Source: Myxococcota bacterium (GTDB taxonomy: Bacteria > Myxococcota_A > SURF-8 > G963663525). From it: DNA of 64,000 nt. Below the pieces are notes generated by a model that did no database searches, was not told where the DNA came from, and was given only the letters and a program-made list of their open reading frames with translations. The position numbers and the translations under genes were made by a program. Where the stretch lies: positions 128,001 to 192,000 of the forward strand of contig CAXXVK010000072.1 in assembly GCA_963676915.2 (NCBI GenBank), in the 5' to 3' direction. Positions 17,712 through 27,678 of this stretch are shown here, in pieces (position 1 is the first letter of the stretch; every line of letters starts with the position of its first letter).

Positions 17712-19504
17712 CACGAACCTATGCTGAACGCGAGTTCACTTAAACGGCGGTCCATGGCGATCAGGCGATGGTGAGCGAACAGTTTGGCCTGGTCCAACCC
17801 GTGAGAGGAGAGAGGATCGAAAACGCTGTAATAGAACTTGATTTTCGGTTCGGTGCCGCTCGGACGCAAGGCAATCCAGCTTCGGCCTTCCTCTTCGAGG
17901 TGGAAAATCAGCAGGTTGGCTTTCGGTCCGTCGATTTGACCGATGACTTCGTTCTGTGGGCTACGGATCTCTCCGGTTTTGCGATCGAGGATGCGTACCA
18001 CTTTTTCGCTGGCGAACGAACACGGCGGCTTGGTGCGCATTTTTTCCATGATGGCTTCCATGACCTCTTGGCCCTGGGCGCCTTCAAAGAACACCGCACG
18101 TCCCCAGTCACGGAAGTAGCCGTATTTTCTGTAAATATCGTCCAGGAGGTCCATCAGCGTGCGCCCTGCGCCTTTCAATTCGCTGGCGACTTCGCAGAGC
18201 ATCAGGGCGGCACAGGCGGCGTCTTTATCCCGAACGGCGGCACCTTTCATGTAGCCGATGGACTCTTCGGTGCCGAACAGGAAATCGTCGGGATTTTCCA
18301 TAGCTTCGATTTCCTTGGCCAGCCATTTGAATCCCACGAGCAGATCGTGTTTTTCCTGGATTTTGTAGCGTTTGGCGATCGCGGGAATCAGAGGTGAAGA
18401 AACCGCCGTGGACAGCACAAGTTGCTCAGGGTGCAACTCGTTTTTTCCTTTCATCTTCGCGCAGATGTATTCGAGGATGATGGCAGCCGTCTGATTGCCG
18501 GTCAGAAGCGCCCATTCTTTGTTTTGCAATGGGGTAGCCGCCGCGAGACGGTCGGCGTCGGTGTCGGAAGCAAAGGCAACATCGGCACCGATTTCTCTGG
18601 CAAGTTGAACGGTTTCGATCATCGCCGCATCGTTTTCGGGATTGGCCTGATTATCGGCGACATTGGGGCAGGTTCCGTCCGGTTCGGCCTGTGATTCAAC
18701 CAGATGGATGTCTTCGAACCCGGCTTTTTTCAACATCGGAAGCACCGAAGTCACGCCGACACCGTGCAGCGGGCTGTAGACGATACGAGCGGTTCGTTTG
18801 GCGCTTAGGCTTCCTGCAAGAACCGAATCGATGAATGCCTCATCGATGTCCGTTTCCAGGTAGCGGATGGTTCCGGCCTCGACGGCCTCATCAAAAGGAG
18901 TAATTTCGATGGTTTCGACGTTTTTCACTTCCTCGATCAATTCCGCGTCGAGTGGCGGAGTGATCTGTCCGCCGTCGCTCCAATACGCCTTGAAGCCGTT
19001 GTCACTCGGTGGGTTGTGCGAAGCCGAAATGACGATACCGGCGTCGCAGTTCAAGTGGCGTACCGTAAACGAGAGTTGCGGCGTCGAGCGGAAACCGTCG
19101 AACAACAGGACTTCAATGCCATTGGCTGCCAGCACGCAGGCGGCGCTATGGCAGAACGCCTCGGAGGTCGTTCTCGTATCGTAGGCGATTGCGACCTTGG
19201 GGGTGTGGTCTTCCGTGGCTTTGAGTTTGTTTGCCAGCCCCTGAGAGCTTTCGGCGATGGCGATTTCGTTCATGCGGTTGGGGCCGATACCGACCGGTCC
19301 GCGTCTTCCCCCCGTTCCGAACGGGATGACTTGGTAGAACGCGTCGTTTAACGTGTCCCACTGCTCGTTCTCTATCATCTCGTGGAGAGCCTCGCGATAG
19401 GGAAGATATCGCTCCACAGTCAACCAGCGTTCGAGATGTTCTTTTGATGACGGGGCGATGCGTCCTTCCTGCGCCGCTAGGGCGACGGATTCCAGATCGT
19501 TCAT
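17711..19504 (-). CDS. pgm: phosphoglucomutase/phosphomannomutase
   Basis: 'FGTGGRRG', catalytic 'SASHNP', metal loop 'DTDADR', 'GTEESIG', 'RPSGTEPKIK'; RBS GGAGG. Confidence 0.93.
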   Translation of the reverse strand: MNDLESVALAAQEGRIAPSSKEHLERWLTVERYLPYREALHEMIENEQWDTLNDAFYQVIPFGTGGRRGPVGIGPNRMNEIAIAESSQGLANKLKATEDHTPKVAIAYDTRTTSEAFCHSAACVLAANGIEVLLFDGFRSTPQLSFTVRHLNCDAGIVISASHNPPSDNGFKAYWSDGGQITPPLDAELIEEVKNVETIEITPFDEAVEAGTIRYLETDIDEAFIDSVLAGSLSAKRTARIVYSPLHGVGVTSVLPMLKKAGFEDIHLVESQAEPDGTCPNVADNQANPENDAAMIETVQLAREIGADVAFASDTDADRLAAATPLQNKEWALLTGNQTAAIILEYICAKMKGKNELHPEQLVLSTAVSSPLIPAIAKRYKIQEKHDLLVGFKWLAKEIEAMENPDDFLFGTEESIGYMKGAAVRDKDAACAALMLCEVASELKGAGRTLMDLLDDIYRKYGYFRDWGRAVFFEGAQGQEVMEAIMEKMRTKPPCSFASEKVVRILDRKTGEIRSPQNEVIGQIDGPKANLLIFHLEEEGRSWIALRPSGTEPKIKFYYSVFDPLSSHGLDQAKLFAHHRLIAMDRRLSELAFSIGS

Positions 19505-19768
19505 CCATTTCCTCCGGTAAAGCGTTGTGCACCGAGTAAGATTATCACCGATTGGGCGGGCACACAAGCAAACAGAATCACGAGACAGATGATTTTTATC
19601 TTTTTAGGCTCATGCCGGTAGGTTCTTTGGGGAGAGGGAAGGATCGTATCATTTCGGTATGAATTCGCGATAAATCTTGTGAAATCATAGTGTTGGGAGA
19701 ATGTGCATCTCAAAATGACGCGATTTTTTCTCTTTGATCTGAAAATTCGGACTCTGGTATTGTGGTTG

Positions 19769-19826
19769 TAACTTGTTGAAAATACGTGGGATTATGGTTT
19801 TTATGTGTTTTGGCACTCTATTTGCT
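19769..19826 (+). promoter_or_regulatory. IHF site plus sigma54 promoter
   Basis: TAActtgTTGAAA (19769-81) and TGGCACtctatTTGCT (19811-26), a near-perfect -24/-12 motif. Confidence 0.75.
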
Positions 19827-19863
19827 TTGATAATGGGCGTTATCGCGCTCGTAAGGCAGATGG

Positions 19864-20292
19864 ATGAAATTACACCGGAACGCAGGCCCCCAATCCCAAG
19901 GGTCGAAAGATAACAGAACGATGCGAGTGTTGGTAGTTGATGATGAGCGAAACCAACGGGAAACCATCTGCCGCGGGCTTTTCCTTTACGGATATGATTG
20001 CATCTCCGTAAAGGATCTCGATGACGCCCTGTTGATCCTGAACGGACCGGATGGGCAAGGCATCGAGATGCTGATAACGGATATGACCAAGCCCGGCACC
20101 GATGGGTGTGGGCTGATTGACAACATCAAAGGCTTGCATGAGAACCTGAGAGTTCTCGTCATTGCAGGGTTGCACCGTACGGCCGAGATCGATTGTCTAC
20201 GGCGTCGGGGTATCACGATCCTGCAAAAGCCATTCGATCCGGACAACCTCCACATGCTGATGCAGCGGATGGTGTCGGACCGAAACCATTGA
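19864..20292 (+). CDS. single-domain response regulator
   Basis: 'VLVVDDE', 'LITDMTKPGTDG', 'LQKPF'. Alternative start 19921. Confidence 0.88.
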   Translation: MKLHRNAGPQSQGSKDNRTMRVLVVDDERNQRETICRGLFLYGYDCISVKDLDDALLILNGPDGQGIEMLITDMTKPGTDGCGLIDNIKGLHENLRVLVIAGLHRTAEIDCLRRRGITILQKPFDPDNLHMLMQRMVSDRNH

Positions 20293-20491
20293 CATACAAA
20301 TAAACGAACACTTTCCCATACCTCACCTTTAATTTCCCTTCTTCTTCTGCTTCAATTATCCCCTTCCTACGCTTTTTTTCGCCTGCCCGGGGGAGACTGA
20401 CCCTCCCCCGCAGGTCCTTTCCAACGCTTCGAGCTTCCGGGGTGCATTTGGATTACGGTGATTGGTGAAGAATTCGAATCCCCCTTTTTAT

Positions 20492-20522
20492 AAAGCCAGC
20501 AATTTTTTTGCTGGCTTTTTTC
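20492..20522 (+). terminator. intrinsic terminator
   Basis: AAAGCCAGCAA-ttttt-TTGCTGGCTTT followed by a T-run. Confidence 0.65.
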
Positions 20523-20748
20523 ATGGTTTCAGGTAGGGAAATGACCTACAAAACGTAAAAGGGGGGATTACTTTCGGGAAAAACTTGCCTGAAAGGTAAT
20601 TCTATTCAAAATAAAATGAAAAAAACGCCAAATTCATGCATGAATTTTGTACAAGATTCAACTAATGCATGGAAACGAAAAGGCAATCTTGACTGAAAAA
20701 CCGGTTTTTACCAGTAATTTCAGTTGGTTGATAATACGAGAGGAAATT

Positions 20749-23157
20749 ATGGCCCGAGTCGATCTTCATTGTCATTCCATTTATTCCGACTACCCCGCCT
20801 ACTGGATTATGCGACGCTTTGGATCGGGAGAATCCTATACCGAGCCCGAAGACCTGTACTGGACTCAGAAACGCCGGGGTATGGACTTCGTGACCGTCAC
20901 CGACCACGACCGCATCGAAGGCGCGGTGGAATTGGCCGAAAAATACGATGATGCCTTCATAAGTACCGAAATCAGCACGGGATTTCCCGAAGATGGTGTG
21001 AAAGTCCATATTCTCGCCCTCGGCATCACCGAGGAGCAGTTTAGGGAAATTCGACTCGTGCAGCCCGATATTTACGAGTTGCAGCAGTTGTTACGCGAAC
21101 AGAACATCGTCCATGTTGCGGCGCATCCTGTTTTCGATATGACCGGCGTCATGAAGCCGGACCACATCGAAAAACTGATCCTGATGTTCGAAAACATCGA
21201 GGTTCACAACGGGGCGTTGGTCAAACAGGCCAACATGCAGATTCGTGAAATTCTCAATACCCTGACGCCGCAGCTGATCGAGCAGTGGTCCAAAAAACAC
21301 AAAATCGAACCCGTTGGGAAACAGCCCTGGTTGAAGGCGTTTACCGGAGGTTCCGACGACCACAGCGGTTACAAACTCGCCAAAGCCTGGACCCGCGTCA
21401 ATGGTGCGAAAACCTGGCAGGAGTTTTTGCAAGGGATCGTCAACCGGGAAAGCGACGGCGAAGGGCAGCACGAAGACGCTCTGGCTTTTGCACACGGCGC
21501 TCACTCGATTCTGGCCAAGTGGTACCATCGGAAATTCCTGTCCGATACACCGGTCGAACACCGGCCTGTGAAGATGATCGAACGGGTCTTCGGTCCGGTG
21601 GCGATGGAATCCGGTTTTCCGGCATTGTACCGGGTCGGTTTGTCGCATAAAAGCGACTCATGGAATCCCTCACCGGAAGTCAAAGGCGACGATACCGACC
21701 TTTGGAGCTTCGTGAAGCTTCTGACCCAGGACTGGAACAACGACGATCTGTTGCTCGACCGCCAACCCAGCCGCAAACTTCAGGATGAAACCTTCGCTTT
21801 TGCCAGTTCGATGTTCAACCGGATGATCAAAAGCAGCGGTGAAAATTTCATGGAGCACATGCGCAACGGACGAGTGGTTCAGGCGCTGGAGGCTCTTGCT
21901 CCGCTGATGCCGGCTCTGATGTCCTTGTATCCATACTGGAGCGGTTTCAGTCACGTATATCGCAACGTGAATTTCCGCCGCAGCGTGTCCAGTCACTTCA
22001 GTCTCAGCGCAACCGTCAATCTTCCCCCGAACTGGGGATGGTTCACCGACACGCTGCTGGATGTCAACGGCGTGGCGCGTACGATTCAGACCATCAGCCG
22101 GATGGCCAAGCAGTTCGATACGCCGATCAATGTCATCACGTCCAGTCCGACCGTGCCGAATTTCGAAGGCGATATGACCAATTTCAAGCCGGTGTTCAAT
22201 TTCAAACTGCCGGAATACGAAATGATGTCGCTGTCTCTGCCGCCGTTTTTGGATGTCCTCGGGCATTGCGAGCGCCGACAGTTCACCCGGCTGATCATTT
22301 CGACGCCGGGACCGGTCGGTGTGGCCGCGTTGATGGTTGCCCGCGTGTTGAGTCTGCCCACGGCGGGAATTTACCATACGGATCTTCCCAACTACGTGAA
22401 AATCCTGACCGGTGACAAGTCCCTGCTGAAGCTCACCTGGTCTTACGTCAAATGGTTCTATGGTCAGCTCGATACCGTATACGTGCTTTCCGAATACTAC
22501 CGGGACATGCTTCGCGAACACGGTCTAAAACATCCCGACATTCGGATTTTTCCGAAAGGGATCAAGTTGGAGGATTTTTCACCCGAATTCCGTACCAACG
22601 AGATCTGGGAGGATTACGAACTCAACGGGAAAACCAAAATTCTCTACGTCGGGCGGATTTCCAAGGAAAAAGATCTGGATGTCCTGCGCGATGCCTACCG
22701 CATGGTGAAGAAGTCGAACCCCAACATTACGTTGATTTTGGTGGGCGATGGTCCTTATCAAGAGGAACTTCAAGAGCAGTTCAAGGACGAAGATGTTGTG
22801 TTTACAGGATTTTTGGAGGGTGAGGTTCTAAGCCGAGCCTTTGCCTCGTCGGATATCTTCGCATTTCCCAGCACGACGGATACCTACGGTACCGTGTTGC
22901 TCGAAGCCCAGGCCAGTGGATTGCCCACTATCGTCAGTGACATCGGTGGTCCCAAGGAAGTGATCATCGATGGTGAAACCGGGATCGTGACACGCGGCAA
23001 AGATGCCAAGGATTTTGCTCGCGGTCTGGCGAAACTGGTGGAAGATGACAAACTGAGAAAGAAAATGGGGCAGGCGGGATACAAGCACGTTCAGTCCAAA
23101 AGCTGGGAATCTGCATTCTGGCGTTTTTGGAACGATATGCCGGATACCCAGAATTGA
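20749..23157 (+). CDS. PHP-domain / GT4 glycosyltransferase fusion
   Basis: PHP 'DLHCHS', 'VTDHD', 'AAHP', 'GGSDDHS'; GT-B 'TDTLLDVNGVA', 'YVGRISKEK', 'FPSTTDTYGTVLLEAQASGLP'. Confidence 0.9.
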   Translation: MARVDLHCHSIYSDYPAYWIMRRFGSGESYTEPEDLYWTQKRRGMDFVTVTDHDRIEGAVELAEKYDDAFISTEISTGFPEDGVKVHILALGITEEQFREIRLVQPDIYELQQLLREQNIVHVAAHPVFDMTGVMKPDHIEKLILMFENIEVHNGALVKQANMQIREILNTLTPQLIEQWSKKHKIEPVGKQPWLKAFTGGSDDHSGYKLAKAWTRVNGAKTWQEFLQGIVNRESDGEGQHEDALAFAHGAHSILAKWYHRKFLSDTPVEHRPVKMIERVFGPVAMESGFPALYRVGLSHKSDSWNPSPEVKGDDTDLWSFVKLLTQDWNNDDLLLDRQPSRKLQDETFAFASSMFNRMIKSSGENFMEHMRNGRVVQALEALAPLMPALMSLYPYWSGFSHVYRNVNFRRSVSSHFSLSATVNLPPNWGWFTDTLLDVNGVARTIQTISRMAKQFDTPINVITSSPTVPNFEGDMTNFKPVFNFKLPEYEMMSLSLPPFLDVLGHCERRQFTRLIISTPGPVGVAALMVARVLSLPTAGIYHTDLPNYVKILTGDKSLLKLTWSYVKWFYGQLDTVYVLSEYYRDMLREHGLKHPDIRIFPKGIKLEDFSPEFRTNEIWEDYELNGKTKILYVGRISKEKDLDVLRDAYRMVKKSNPNITLILVGDGPYQEELQEQFKDEDVVFTGFLEGEVLSRAFASSDIFAFPSTTDTYGTVLLEAQASGLPTIVSDIGGPKEVIIDGETGIVTRGKDAKDFARGLAKLVEDDKLRKKMGQAGYKHVQSKSWESAFWRFWNDMPDTQN

Positions 23158-23266
23158 CGTTCGTCCTTTTCGGAATTTCATGCCGTTGTATGAAAAACCG
23201 CACGTTTTCCGTCCAATGTATTGGTGTGTTTGCTTTAGAACGTAGCGATTCGGCTTGTACGAAGCG

Positions 23267-23295
23267 TTGACGTTTTGTAGCAAAACAGGTATGCT
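23267..23295 (+). promoter_or_regulatory. sigma70-type promoter
   Basis: TTGACG-17 bp-TATGCT upstream of the LamG gene. Confidence 0.5.
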
Positions 23296-23330
23296 TACGG
23301 GCATCGGACGCAGTTCTGTCAGCCACACGC

Positions 23331-24293
23331 ATGGAGGCAACCATGGGCATTCGAATAGGGAAAATCTGGATTTCATTTCTACTCATCGCCACAATGGCGG
23401 CGTTACCTTTCCTCCATTGTGGAGAAGAAGACACGACCGATACTGGAAATGCAGATGAAGATCAAAGTTCCGAGTCGCCCAATCAAGGGGACAGGGATGT
23501 GACTGATCGTATCCAAAATGATTTCGATGTGCCCGATATTGTCGAGGAACAGCCGGTTTCGTCCGATCCCGTTGCGCTCTGGACTTTCGACGAATCCACG
23601 GGAGAATTTGCCAACAGCGGTACTTGTGACGCTCCCGGAACGGCTGTCGGCAACGCTCGAATGGGTGAGGACGGCAAAGTGGCTTATGCCGTGGAATTGG
23701 AAGGTGTCGAACAGTACATCACTATGTCCGATGAAGATTGCCTGAAGGTGGAAGACGGCGATTTTTCCTATGCTTTGTGGTTCAAACCGATTGAAAACCA
23801 GGATTTTCACGGAATTTACACCAATTCTCAATCTCTTCAGACCGAAGATGCCGTGGTTGGTTTCATTGTCATCAACGGTGTGGTCAACTTCTCCGTTAAG
23901 GAAGCGGGATCGAGTGCGGAAATGCATGTTTGTACCGGTCAGAACTCTTTGGCTGAAAACCAGTGGAATCATCTCGCCGTAACGCGAAAAAATGGCAACT
24001 TGACCATTTACATCGATGGCAGTCCCGAGGAACCTTCCGAGGTTCCCACCGATGGGGACGAGGATGACGAGGAAACGACGAATCAGCGCCGTGACGAAGA
24101 TGTTTTCGATGGACCGACTTGTACCGATTTTGCGGGAGATTTCACAAACGACAGCAACGATTACCAGATCGGGAATTTTTCGATCGGAACGGATCAAGTC
24201 GGTTTCGAAGGTATGATCGATGATTTCCACGTGTTCGATTACGCACTGACCAGCGATCAGATTCTCGAAGTAATGGCGCGCTCGAACCTGTAA
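23331..24293 (+). CDS. LamG/concanavalin-like lipoprotein
   Basis: 'ALWTFDE', 'FSYALWFK', 'QWNHLAVT', 'IYIDG', 'FEGMIDDFHVFDYALTSDQI'. Start 23331 or 23343. Confidence 0.85.
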   Translation: MEATMGIRIGKIWISFLLIATMAALPFLHCGEEDTTDTGNADEDQSSESPNQGDRDVTDRIQNDFDVPDIVEEQPVSSDPVALWTFDESTGEFANSGTCDAPGTAVGNARMGEDGKVAYAVELEGVEQYITMSDEDCLKVEDGDFSYALWFKPIENQDFHGIYTNSQSLQTEDAVVGFIVINGVVNFSVKEAGSSAEMHVCTGQNSLAENQWNHLAVTRKNGNLTIYIDGSPEEPSEVPTDGDEDDEETTNQRRDEDVFDGPTCTDFAGDFTNDSNDYQIGNFSIGTDQVGFEGMIDDFHVFDYALTSDQILEVMARSNL

Positions 24294-24318
24294 CTATTTC
24301 AAGCGGTTAAAACTTTAT

Positions 24319-24346
24319 TGCCGCCCCTCTTTCGGGCGGCATTTTT
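24319..24346 (+). terminator. intrinsic terminator
   Basis: TGCCGCCC-ctctttc-GGGCGGCA-TTTTT. Confidence 0.65.
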
Positions 24347-24359
24347 CGTAGAGGTGAAC

Positions 24360-25049
24360 GTGCACAAACCTTGGATTCAAGCGGTTTTCTTCGATATGGA
24401 CGGAACTCTAGTAGATTCCGAATCCGCCGCGACGGAGGCGACGAGGCTGGCGGTTGCGGATTTCGGAGAAACGCTATCCAAGGAAGATGAAAGGGCGGTG
24501 ATCGGCCTGCCATGGCAGAGCATTTTGGACCGCTGTATCCTCAATTATAGCCTGCCGGTGACTCCTGAAATGCTAATGGAGAAGATCAAGCGCCACAAAT
24601 GGGATCTTCTCGAAGGTGCGACGAAGGTTTTACCGGGAGCGGTCGAAGCCTTGCGTTTGTGTGCCGAGCGTTTTCCCGTGGCGATTGTAAGTGGCAGCTA
24701 CCGGGAGGAAATCGAGCAGGTCATTGAATTGTTGGAGATTCACGACGAAGTGCGGTTCATTGTCGGGGCTGAGGACGTGATCCCTGGAAAGCCCTTTCCA
24801 GGGCCGTATATCAAAGCCGCCGGTTTGGTTCAGGTTCCGGAAAAACACTGCCTGGTGTTCGAAGATTCCGCCATGGGAACCCAGGCGGCTCGCCGTGCCG
24901 GGATGTATACCGTTGCCGTCGAGGCGGCTCAATACGATGAAATGGACCTGTCATCAGCGCATGAGATTCTTGCCACGTTGGAAAGCGTGACTCCGGCATG
25001 GCTCGAAGATGTATCCGAACGAGCACGGGCGATATTTCCATCTGCCTGA
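24360..25049 (+). CDS. HAD-family phosphatase (beta-PGM-like)
   Basis: 'FDMDGTLVDSE', 'GKPFP', 'VFEDS..G..AA..AGM'; GTG start with RBS GAGG. Confidence 0.9.
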   Translation: MHKPWIQAVFFDMDGTLVDSESAATEATRLAVADFGETLSKEDERAVIGLPWQSILDRCILNYSLPVTPEMLMEKIKRHKWDLLEGATKVLPGAVEALRLCAERFPVAIVSGSYREEIEQVIELLEIHDEVRFIVGAEDVIPGKPFPGPYIKAAGLVQVPEKHCLVFEDSAMGTQAARRAGMYTVAVEAAQYDEMDLSSAHEILATLESVTPAWLEDVSERARAIFPSA

Positions 25050-25067
25050 AATATCGGGGAAGCCTGA

Positions 25068-27557
25068 TTATTCCTTGGGATTGATTTCCTGGAGGCTCAA
25101 TCCCGCCACGTAGGCGTACGATACGTAGCTGGAATACCCGTAGACGTACAAACCCACCGGCATGTCCGATACGATCCGGTGTACCCCGTCGGTCATCAGT
25201 CGTTGATGGACGTTGAAATCCGACGAAGCGATATCCCACTGATCTTCGGTGATGGCTTCCCCGTCCAATGTTACCTGAGCACCGATGGGAGCGACCAACG
25301 TAATGTAATCCAACGCGTAATAGGGGGGAACCAGGAAGGTGTAATCTTTGCGGAATTGTTCGTCGGGAGCAAGCAACATGAACGCCGGGTCGCCTGCTTC
25401 GTCGCTGGTGCTCAGACCGGTGGCGTTCTGACTGGCCAGGAATTGACCGACCTGAATCGGCTTGTCCGCAGAAATTCGGAAGTGCTCTTCACGACTCATG
25501 AATTCACGCAAATCCCCTTCGTTCAACGTGAAGGATGTATGGCCGGAAACGCCTGTCGTAACCTGCGTGTTGTCTTCCGAGGCGATGATGCGATAGAACG
25601 CACCTTCTGGATGAGAAGTGTTACGGGCGAAGGGACGAATGGCGAGGTATTCCTTGCCCCAGGTGGTCAGCGGAAGGAGTTGGTGCTCGATGTGATCGCA
25701 GGCCCATGTGTCTTCGGGGACGAAAACGCAAGCATGGGTTCCGAAAGCCGCAACTTCCTGATCGGCGGTGACGAATGCGCCGGTGAGGTCGTAATCGTAA
25801 ATAGCGGTTCGGATGTTGTCGTCGGTGATGGTGCTGCTTGTTTTGTTGGCCGTCGCAAGGTTGAGCACTTCATATTGTTGGAGCTGATAAGTACGAGTCT
25901 GGCCTGCGCTCATCGCGGATAACCCCGTTCCCGAGCGTGTAGGTACCGGGACGGTTACCGTCACGTTGGTAGTGCCCTCGTACGTGCCGACAATGACGAA
26001 ACCCGAAGGGAGCTGACCGGAAATTTGCGGTTCGAACCAGTCGAAAAGATCGCCCTCCCTCTGGATGCGCAAGTGTGGCAGCGTCAGATTGAAATACTCT
26101 TTTCCGAGATTGCCGGAAGGCAGCAGCAACGTGGCGTCGTTGGAGTGAATCTCCTGCCCGTTGTCGAATGGATTCATTTGCACGACAGAAACGGGAATGT
26201 CGCTAGTGAGCCGGTACGCGTTCAGGCTTTTGGAAGCGACACTCAGCAGAAGGGAATTTCCCAGCAGAAACGAGGATAAACCACCCGGTTCGATGCTCCC
26301 CGAAGCGACAACCGTACTGCTCGACCCGGAAGGTTTGCGGATTTCGATATTCGCCGTCATGGTGGGGTGTGGATTGTATACCGCAACGCCGAATTGCGAA
26401 CTTGGATTGGACGAACGGCTGTCGTTGTAAAGATCAACCGGCCAGTATTCGCAGCCGATATAACTTCGGTCATAGGCGGCGATCTGGCAGGCGTCCATGC
26501 ATTCCCCGCCTCGGCAACTCGTACCTTCAGGGCATTCGAATAAATCCACCCATTCCGTACCGTTTTCGGCGCAATAGGTGACCGTTTGTTCGTCACTTGG
26601 GTTGCAACTGGTTTCGTCGGTTTCGCAGATACGGGGGAAGCAACCGTATTGAGAGCAGACGAGATCCTGGCTGCCGCAGTCCATCACTTCATCGAAGGCC
26701 GTACCTAAGTAATTGCAGAATTTGAGGATTTCGTCGGTGCAGTCGTATTCACCCGGCTCGCAGATTTGCGGATGGCAGTCGTCGAGATAGCAGACTTCAT
26801 CGCCCTGGCAGTTTCGTTGTACGTAACCTGTGCCGAATTCGTCGCAAACGATGAGAGTCAATGTATCCATGCATTCTACCGGGGAATCCGGTTCGCAGGT
26901 GATGGCCTGACAGCCTTGTTCGGGGATGCACTCGAATCCATCCTCGCAAACGCCGCTTTCCCAACCCGTTCCAAGCATGTTGCATTGGGTGTAGGTAAAG
27001 CGGTCTTCGCAGTCACCGAAAGTGTCGGGTTGGCATTGCATGGGGATGCAGGCGTCCACGAGGCAGATTTCATCGGTGGGGCAGGCCGAGGAATCCCAAC
27101 CGTTTCCGTCAGAACGACAGACTGCAATTGTGGTGTCGTCATAACACACGGTTTCACCTGCTTCACAGGAAGGAGGGAGACTGTTTTCGGGCTCTTCATC
27201 CATCGTTTCGATACTTTCGGGAGAATCCGTGTCCGTGTCGGTTCCGGTTTCGAGATCTGTATCCCCCGGAATTGTCATGTATGTATTTACGCAGGCTCCG
27301 TTGAAACAATTGTAGCCGTTAGGACAGGGGTTGGAATCGGAGCACAATAGCCCGATACATACACCGTACACGCAAAAACTTCCATCCGCACAAGGGGAAC
27401 TGGCAGAGCATTCGTCCTGAAATTCGGCTGTACCGGTCACATTGGAGCTATCTCCGCAGCCAATGAACCCAGTGAATGAAAGCACCAACAATACGCCGAG
27501 TGTGGCACGAAAAACGGAAATTCGCATCATGGCAAAACCTGCTTGCATGAAAAACAT
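25068..27557 (-). CDS. Cys-rich repeat lipoprotein with IgGFc-binding-protein N-terminal-like domain
   Basis: Lipobox FIGC; repeated 'CxPGxxxC...C...G..W' modules; 'SYIGCEYW', 'SNDATLLLP', 'CDHIEHQ', 'GDPA', 'SYAYVAG'. Confidence 0.85.
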   Translation of the reverse strand: MFFMQAGFAMMRISVFRATLGVLLVLSFTGFIGCGDSSNVTGTAEFQDECSASSPCADGSFCVYGVCIGLLCSDSNPCPNGYNCFNGACVNTYMTIPGDTDLETGTDTDTDSPESIETMDEEPENSLPPSCEAGETVCYDDTTIAVCRSDGNGWDSSACPTDEICLVDACIPMQCQPDTFGDCEDRFTYTQCNMLGTGWESGVCEDGFECIPEQGCQAITCEPDSPVECMDTLTLIVCDEFGTGYVQRNCQGDEVCYLDDCHPQICEPGEYDCTDEILKFCNYLGTAFDEVMDCGSQDLVCSQYGCFPRICETDETSCNPSDEQTVTYCAENGTEWVDLFECPEGTSCRGGECMDACQIAAYDRSYIGCEYWPVDLYNDSRSSNPSSQFGVAVYNPHPTMTANIEIRKPSGSSSTVVASGSIEPGGLSSFLLGNSLLLSVASKSLNAYRLTSDIPVSVVQMNPFDNGQEIHSNDATLLLPSGNLGKEYFNLTLPHLRIQREGDLFDWFEPQISGQLPSGFVIVGTYEGTTNVTVTVPVPTRSGTGLSAMSAGQTRTYQLQQYEVLNLATANKTSSTITDDNIRTAIYDYDLTGAFVTADQEVAAFGTHACVFVPEDTWACDHIEHQLLPLTTWGKEYLAIRPFARNTSHPEGAFYRIIASEDNTQVTTGVSGHTSFTLNEGDLREFMSREEHFRISADKPIQVGQFLASQNATGLSTSDEAGDPAFMLLAPDEQFRKDYTFLVPPYYALDYITLVAPIGAQVTLDGEAITEDQWDIASSDFNVHQRLMTDGVHRIVSDMPVGLYVYGYSSYVSYAYVAGLSLQEINPKE

Positions 27558-27678
27558 TCGTCCCTAACCATACTTTATTATTGGACGAACGACAAGTTCC
27601 CGGCTATTGAGTTTTGCCGATGTTTGTTCAATGATATGAGGATGTATCACACAATCGGTTTTATAGAGCCACGAAAGC

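Noticed and set aside
20420-20490. tRNA-like 'TTCGAATCCC'
   Set aside because: No pairing T-stem, acceptor stem or cloverleaf.
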